NCBI GenBank assembly: GCA_946965045.2
Contig: OX337233.1
Coordinates: forward strand, 3,100,001 to 3,164,000
DNA from: Epithemia pelagica
Taxonomy: Eukaryota; Protista; Bacillariophyta
Reading direction: 5' to 3'
DNA: 64,000 nucleotides
In this document: positions 56,803 to 64,000 of the stretch, piece by piece
Layout of the letters: the number at the start of each line of letters is the position of its first letter
Position numbering within the stretch: position 1 is the first letter of the stretch
Made by a program: the position numbers and the translations under genes
Notes under the pieces: model-generated
Told to the model about the DNA's origin: nothing
The model's database searches: none
The model's input: only the letters and a program-made list of their open reading frames with translations

Positions 56803-59731
56803 ATGCCGTGGTTGAAACACCGTCGTGATCGTATGAGTAGTCGCCATTCCACTTCGTCGTGGACGGTTGCGTCCACCAACACCACCAACAACAATAACAA
56901 CAACGACAACACATCAGTACCACCACCACCCACTGACAACAAAGACGGCAACAACGGCAAGGAGACCCGAACCATTTCTTCAGTTTCGCGCCCCGTTTTC
57001 AGCAGCAGCAACAACACCGACTCTTACAGGATGCGCCGTTTCAACAAATCCAGCGAGTTTGTGTCTCCGCTCCACACCATCGTTTCGCGAGCAAGAGGAG
57101 GACGACCACAAGGGTCGACAACCCACACGACGACGACAACGACAACGACAACAACAACCACAACACTCTTGTGGATCTTGAATGTGATTGGGTTGCTGGC
57201 TTGCTGGACCATTGCCGTCTTTCGCATGCCCGCCTTGGACCATTCTTCTTCGAGTGGAGACGACGTTCGACTCATGACCCTGGAATCATTCTCCTCGTCG
57301 TCTGTTTCTTCATTCCAGTTAGTCTTAAGGAATCCACCCAGCAATAGTGGTGGTACCACCACCCGAACGCGACGACGACACCACCACATTCGGGAGGACG
57401 ACAACTTGTCGCATCAGCTGGTTGTGTACCTGACCGATTCCCAGGACATGGTTCCATCCCTTTTACAACCACACCAGGACAACAACAACAACACCAACGT
57501 GGTGGTTGTGGTTGGTCCCACCATGATGATGATGATGAATCGAGGAACTGCCGATTACAACAATTTGACAATCACCTTTTGGGGTCCCAACACTACCAAC
57601 AGCAATCCGACCATTAACAATACTCTTGCCGCATACATCAACAACATCAACAAAACCACAAGTCCACCCCATCTCGAGTTTCCTACCAGGGTGATTGTGT
57701 CGGACGATCCACCCCTGGGGTCGCGGCATAAATCACGGACGCAGCAACGCCGTGACACGAAACATCGTCATTTGGACGATGATTGTTACGAACGGCGCAA
57801 CATGCCCCGAAAAACCAAAGCCTGTGAATCCTCGCATGTGGCCAAACACTTGGAATTTCCCGTTTGCAATCTCTTTCACGAACATTCGGTTCCCCACAGT
57901 TTGATGCAAAGTCCCACATCGCGCTTCGTTGGGTACGTCGAATGTCGTGTACATATATATCGAGAGAGAAAGACCTCGAATGTCGTTGGTGGCTGGTAGC
58001 TGATGGAAACACAGTGAACCAACGTGCAGCCCGTCCCTCCGCCATGCGGCCAAATCCGTTCTTTGTCTTTTCTTGTTCTCACACAGTGCTTGTTTTTTTG
58101 TTCGTTTGTTCCATGCCATTTCATTTTCATGTCTCCCTCTCTCCTTCTGGTTTGTCCCACCACGACGCACAGCGAGGGTTCCTTTCGTCAAACGTTGGTG
58201 ATGGACCAACGACCTGTTTCTTCCCCAAACACGACAACAACGACGACGAGCAGCAGCAGCACCAATGACCCCAATCACAGCTTGAGCAATACGGGACAAG
58301 AAGTCGTGGTCCTCAAATTTGCCACGTTCAAAGGATCTAGCGATTACACCAAACGAGATTATCTCGAGTATCGACAAGTACGTTCCTTTGTAGTGTCTGT
58401 GTGTGTGTATTTATGTGGACAACCGACCAATCTGTCTTGTCTTTGTGTATGTCCTATACACGGCTCACGCGTGTCTATATCTCTATTACGGATCACTGCC
58501 TCCCTTCTCCTTTGATTTCCCTGTGCGTGTGCACGTGTTGGTCAGGATGGCGTCATCTACGCCGCCACGGGACCGCATCCGCTCTTGGTGGACCTGTATG
58601 GGTATTGCAGTTTGGGATTGTTGAGTGAATACATGGAGGGTGGGTCCGTCGATGACGTCTTTGGGGCACGCCAACGCTGTGATCGACCCAACACTACCAT
58701 TCCTCTGGAATACACCACCACCAACAACAACAACAGCAATGTGTCACTACCACCATTGGACAACCAGGAGACGGTGTATTCGATTAGTCCCTTGACGGCC
58801 CTGGAAAAATTGTACTTTGCCTTGGACATGGCTCAGGCCGTTGCCTTGTTACACAACAACCGATACGGTGTCATTGTCCACGATGACATTTGGTTGGCGC
58901 AATTCTTACTTTCCAGTCCTCGCCACACGAATTCTACAAATACTTGGTTGGGACAACAAGGACGGCTTCCACGGATCAAACTCAATGACTTTAATCGAGC
59001 CGAAGCCATGATGTACAACTACGAGGAGAAGCGCTATTGCAAATATCAGAATGGCAAGGGAAACGAAGATGTACGTGTAGAATGCTGCTTGGTCGTGTAC
59101 CAACTACTACCATCCCGGTATTCGGATTGTGCCTCACACGACACAATGTCCTTTTGTTATCTCGTTGTTGTTGTCCTTTTTTGGTTCTCCACCCCAGTGG
59201 CGTTCCCCCGAAGAATATTTTAACAATCCTCTCGATGAAATGATTGATATCTTTAGTTTGGGCAACAACTTTGTAAGTGCAGGATGTGTCAGATGAGGCA
59301 CAACAATGGGGCTTTCGTGCATCGTGACTCATACGAATTGTGGTTGGTTTCGTTTTTGTGTTTTGCCCATGACCTACTACTACCTACTTCTACTCCAGTA
59401 TACACTCTTGACGGGGGAATTTGTCTTTCCCAATACGTGCCGTTACAGACAGGTTCAAGACAAACTCCGACGGGGTGAACGAAGCTTTTTGGATCCCCGC
59501 TGGGCCAATGTCTCGCACGCCGAAGGACAACTCGTCCATGTGATTCAAAAGTGTTGGGAACAAGAGCCGCAGGATCGTTATCGCATTGAACAAGTTATTA
59601 CAGTATTGGAACAGGCGCTGGAAAAACAGTTGCAATTGGATAACACGAAAATGATGGTGAAGAAGAAGACGAAGAAGACGAAGAAGACTCGGAAGGATGT
59701 GGATGATCCAACACTGTCTCGCACGGTGTGA
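56803..59731 (+). CDS. Kinase K6, apparently intact
   Basis: Exons 56803-57932, 58173-58377, 58546-59070, 59198-59272 and 59399-59731. TM segment LLWILNVIGLLACWTIAVF, FPVCNLFHE, VLKFA, HDDIWLAQFL, DFNRAE and WRSPEEY. Confidence 0.85.
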
Positions 59732-60633
59732 GGGCAGACTGTTGTGGACTCATGAACATTTGTACAGTGAATCGGAGGTTACCAGGCAATGTCCAAACAC
59801 AGCGCTTGTTCCACTTTTGCCTTTTCTTGTCGATCCGATTCTGCCTCTACTTGATGTGTAGCTTCCGAGTCCCATTCCAGGGAGGACAGTCCATCCAATC
59901 TCGAGATCTCGAATGGACCGCTAATTGTACATTACGGAATCTACCTACCTCTAGGAACAATTCACATCGACATCTGGATGAAAAGAGTCTATTCCACTCC
60001 TTGATAAAAAATACTGAAGTTGGAATAGTCATTCGTCGTATGGGTTCTCGTAGACCATGCGGCGACCAGATGGGGGACCTTGGGGGAACTGGAGATATTT
60101 CAAAAGCGTAAGAATAACGGTAAAGAGGATGCCTGGCGATATCAAGACCAAATCAAGTTTCGCACCTCATCGTCCAACGTTCGTCCAATTTCCAAAATGG
60201 TGGCAAGTTGCAAGTTGCAGCCACCCGGCAACGAGCTGAGCGAGAATGACCTATCTGCGATTTGTAATTACACCGCCCTTTAATTGGCCCGGATTTGAAA
60301 ATCTCTCCAACGGAAAACGAGCACAGGATCAAGAGCAAAAGTTCTACTGCCCACTCGAACACTTTAGATAATTTTAAGTAGGAGTATGAAAAGAGGCTTT
60401 TGTAGTCACACGTGCCTTGATCCCTCCAAAGTTCCTCAACGTCATCAGCCGACCAATATTGGGAAATTTGCTCACTTTTTCTCGAGAAACTCCAGCCAAA
60501 ATTGCTATCCCCGCTGCGGAAACAATGCCACCGCTGCCGATTGTGAGTATCCAAGAACTTGCTTGTTCGTACAATTGTTGGTTTTGGTCGTAACTCATAG
60601 AATCAACGTTCAACTTGTGAAAGACAAAACACA

Positions 60634-62943
60634 ATGATGCTCACATCCCCGTTGACGGGGGCCAAAGGAAGACAGCAGTCCATCGGCGTCTCCCTACGAG
60701 GATCCATTGACAGTTCGGAGAGGAAACCAGTGATGCAAAGACTTTCCGTCTCTCTCAATCTTCTCTTTCATTCCACGAGAAGACAACCAAAAAGACTCCT
60801 ATTGTGGATCATTAGTAGAACAGGCCTCATTCTGTGCCTCATTGTGGCTTTTTCGCTGGGACCACCATTGTCGTCTTTGTCGTTCCACTACCATGGGGCA
60901 GAGCACTTATGGCGTCCTGTTGCGTCATCCTCTCGACGATCCTCGACATCTTATTTTCGTGCCTCTCATAAATACGAACGACACACGGCACTGAACGAAT
61001 GGAATGACAAGAAGAATGCACATCCGCACTTTCTATCCCGTCATTCCTCACCAACCCAGTCTCTGTTGGTTCATTTGGGTGGGTCTCGAGGTGTCGCTCC
61101 CACCAAGTCCTTCGACCCTGACTTTAACAAGCTCAAGATGCAATTTCCCCTGCCGCAAGCACACGAATTGGACAACGAGGACACCACCAATGCCACCCAA
61201 CGTACGTGGACCACTATGGATACGGCCATTCCTCGAAAGATTTGGGATACTGGAGCTGGACCCGGACCACAGTACAAGGATTCCGACTACGAATACAATT
61301 TTTATTATTACTATGCCAAGGATGACGATTACGTTCGGACACCCTACCATACCGATGACGACGGGTACCAGCGACTCCAACCCGATCATTCTTGTCAAAT
61401 GTCCCATGTCGAAAAGCAACTCGAGTTTCCCGTCTGCAACAAGTTGCATGAACTCGACTTGAATGACTACTTGGGCGCGGATCTGTCACATTTCTTGAGG
61501 TAAGGGACTCCTGATATATCAAGGAAAGTTGTCGTGTTGTCAGCAAACGCACATTCCCCTCACCACGGTTGTGTTCACTCTGGATCGGAACTTTGCAACA
61601 GCGCGGGATACTTTCGCGAGACGCTCGTCGTGGACACCCGTTCGCAACGAGACGAGGGTGCGTTTGTGGTCAAATTTGCCAGCATGAAGCACAAGGACGA
61701 GGACGATTTCACCTTTTCCCACTTTCATGACTATCGCCAAGTAAGTAGTGATGCTTCAAACAAAACAAAAATGAGCGTGTGTGTCAGGATCTGCTAACCT
61801 CCGTGTTCGTCGTCACCCATGTATGTGTGATTTTGTGCATACCAGGACGGAGTCATTTTTGCCGCCATTGGACCACATCCCCTCTTGGTGGATGTGTACG
61901 GGTATTGCAGCATGGGATTGTTGAGTGAATTCATGGATCGGGGTACCATGGAGGACAAACTGCATCTCCAAGATCGCTGTGAACAGCAGGACGACAAAAA
62001 GAAGGGCAAGTTTGTCGTGCCCCTCGAACAGTCTCACACCGCGTCCGAGCAACTCTACAGCATTAGTCCCTTGACACCCGTGGAAAAGTTGGAATATGCT
62101 TTGGACATGGCGCAAGCCTTGGCCTTGTTACACAACAACGAGTTTGGTGTCATTGTGCACGATGATTTGAAGTTGGATCAATTCCTGATTGCCCAACCAT
62201 CTTCTTCTCCTGCAAGCACCACCACCCACGGCCGTAGAAGCAGTGGTCCTCGCGTGAAATTAAATGATTTCAATCGTGGCGAAGCCATGATGTACGACTA
62301 CCAACATGGCGAATACTGCAAATACCGAAATGGTCGTGGCCGTGGACCGGTACGTTGCATCCTCTGGATCGAATCTGCACTTTTGTGCTGGTTGTGTGTG
62401 CGTGTGTGCATGTTTCGACAAGAACTCTCACACCTTGCCTTCTTGTTTCGTTTCTCAGGCGCGATCGCCCGAAGAGTATTTTGACCATCCCCTTGATGAA
62501 AAGATTGATATTTACAGCTTGGGTAACACTTTTGTACGTTGTGTCATCATATACGTAGAGACCTCAGGTGTTGGCGGTGGACCCACGTTTCGTTCTCTCT
62601 CTCACACATGGTTGTTCTTGTTTTTGGTTGGTTTCGTTCCATGTCGTTGTTGTTGCTGCTGCTGCCAAACCCACAGTTTTCCATCTTGACGGGAGAACAC
62701 GTCTTTCCCAATTCGTGCGATACCAGACAGGTTCAAAAGCGCATCAAGGAGGGGGAACGAAGCTTTTTGGATCCCCGATGGACCACGAATGCATCTCATG
62801 CCGAAGGTCAATTGGTCCATATCATTCAAAAATGTTGGGAAGCCAATCCGGAGGATCGATATGCAATTCAAGACATTATTGTCATTCTCCAACAAGCTCT
62901 GGAACAGCAATTGTACCTGGATCAGCAGAAGAATGCCGTCTAG
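60634..62943 (+). CDS. Kinase K7, apparently intact
   Basis: Exons 60634-61499, 61602-61740, 61846-62349, 62459-62533 and 62677-62943. TM segment, FPVCNKLHE, AGYFRET, VVKFA, HDDLKLDQFL, DFNRGE and RSPEEY. Confidence 0.88.
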
Positions 62944-63756
62944 GAAGTTGTCCAAACGAATTTCCATCTTGTTGTAAAACCAGCTCTGCTTATAAAACAG
63001 GACAAGGTCCGAATCGAACCTCGTCTTCTCTCGCACAAGCGCTCGAAACACAATTGCAATTGTTGGATCCAAACATTATTCGCTAGCTATAATTACCATT
63101 TGTACCATCATCATGCATGTTGGCGAGGAGTCTCGCACACACCCAATCTCGTAGCAGTGCGTTCTTTACCTCGTTTGTATGCAGGGGAGACTCATTTTCT
63201 TCCTCACTCGCCAGTCCATCATCCACCATTGAGCATCATTGGCTGTGGTTCAAGTTCTATAGGCGATGGGTCTCCTTGCACCAGCCAACGGGTGTGTGAG
63301 CGTCCTTGTGTTTCGTCTCTTGCATATAAGTTTCGATGAGGTATTTTTTTGGTCGAGTGAAAAGGGTGATCGGGCGCTGACGTTGCGGGTGCGGAGGCTT
63401 AAATAGTCTTGCATTACATGTAATCTTGATCCCGCAGGCAATAACAGTTTTTTGTTGGTGCTTTTTATGATGATGTTACGTTGTGCCCCCAAACAGAAAC
63501 CTTTTGGGGATTTACCGCATGTCCGTCGGTCGCCCGTCATACGATACCATGCCATCACTGTCGCTGTCGCGGCACGATTCTTTGCCCCACTTCTGTCGTC
63601 ACTTCTTCTTTGTGGTGTTCGCTCTTTGTGCATCTCCAGATTCTCAAGACAACAACAGAAAAGAACCAGGCCGTTTTTGTACAAAGGCATTTGGTCTCAA
63701 CTCAAAGTTTCGTTGTCCTCTCGAGGTCTTGATCGAGCGGTGTGCAGGATACGAGC

Positions 63757-64000
63757 ATGTCCAAGTTGTACAAGGGCCCCCAAGGCGATGCCGATGCTTT
63801 GTCACCGGCCTCCAAACCACCCTCGGAAACCGTGCCACCAACGGAAAAGCCAGCAGCAGTGCAAGACTCCAATGTCTTGTCTACCAGCGCCGTCTATGTC
63901 GAGGAAGAACAACTGTCGGGCTTTTTTCGTGGCATTTCGGTGGCGACTCGCAAATTCGTCATGGCGGGCAAAAAGGTCATGGCCGCCAAGGCTCCCGCCT
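63757..64000 (+). CDS. Start of an unidentified gene running off the window
   Basis: ATG at 63757 is open to the end (MSKLYKGPQGDADALSPASKPPSETVPPTEK...). It is absent from the track because no stop codon lies in the window. Confidence 0.45.
   Translation, partial: MSKLYKGPQGDADALSPASKPPSETVPPTEKPAAVQDSNVLSTSAVYVEEEQLSGFFRGISVATRKFVMAGKKVMAAKAPA

Noticed and set aside
1-64000. rRNA, tRNA or prokaryotic/viral operons
   Set aside because: No recognisable structural-RNA signatures. Spliceosomal introns and eukaryotic TE hallmarks explain the content, and no capsid, polymerase or packaging ATPase motifs were seen.

Overview
Eukaryotic genomic DNA, most likely a diatom or related stramenopile (inferred from short GT-AG introns and diatom-type gene families); no rRNA, tRNA or CRISPR is recognisable. 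The window has two parts. (1) A nest of DNA transposons at about 2-38 kb. A Ginger-like rve-integrase element (5209-37695; TGTTA...TAACA ends, GATT 4-bp TSD) was inserted into an older decayed ORF. It is itself split inside its DDE core by a 25,049-bp CMC/Plavaka-like element (7409-32457; CGTCTAAGG...CCTTAGACG ends, TG 2-bp TSD); removing that insert restores the integrase frame exactly. Although the two transposases are unrelated, each element carries a homologous TET/JBP-like 2OG-Fe(II) dioxygenase and a Ulp1-fold domain. The inner element also carries a ~7-kb 170-bp satellite with higher-order structure, a RING protein and two paralogous Cys-rich ORFs. (2) A birth-and-death cluster of seven membrane-anchored, atypical (PKDCC/POMK-like) kinase genes with a shared 5-exon layout, interspersed with three Gal-3-O-sulfotransferase-like copies and a truncated bromodomain/CBP-like gene. 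Several copies are deleted, frameshifted or chimeric. Family assignments come from motif recognition by eye, not from database searches.
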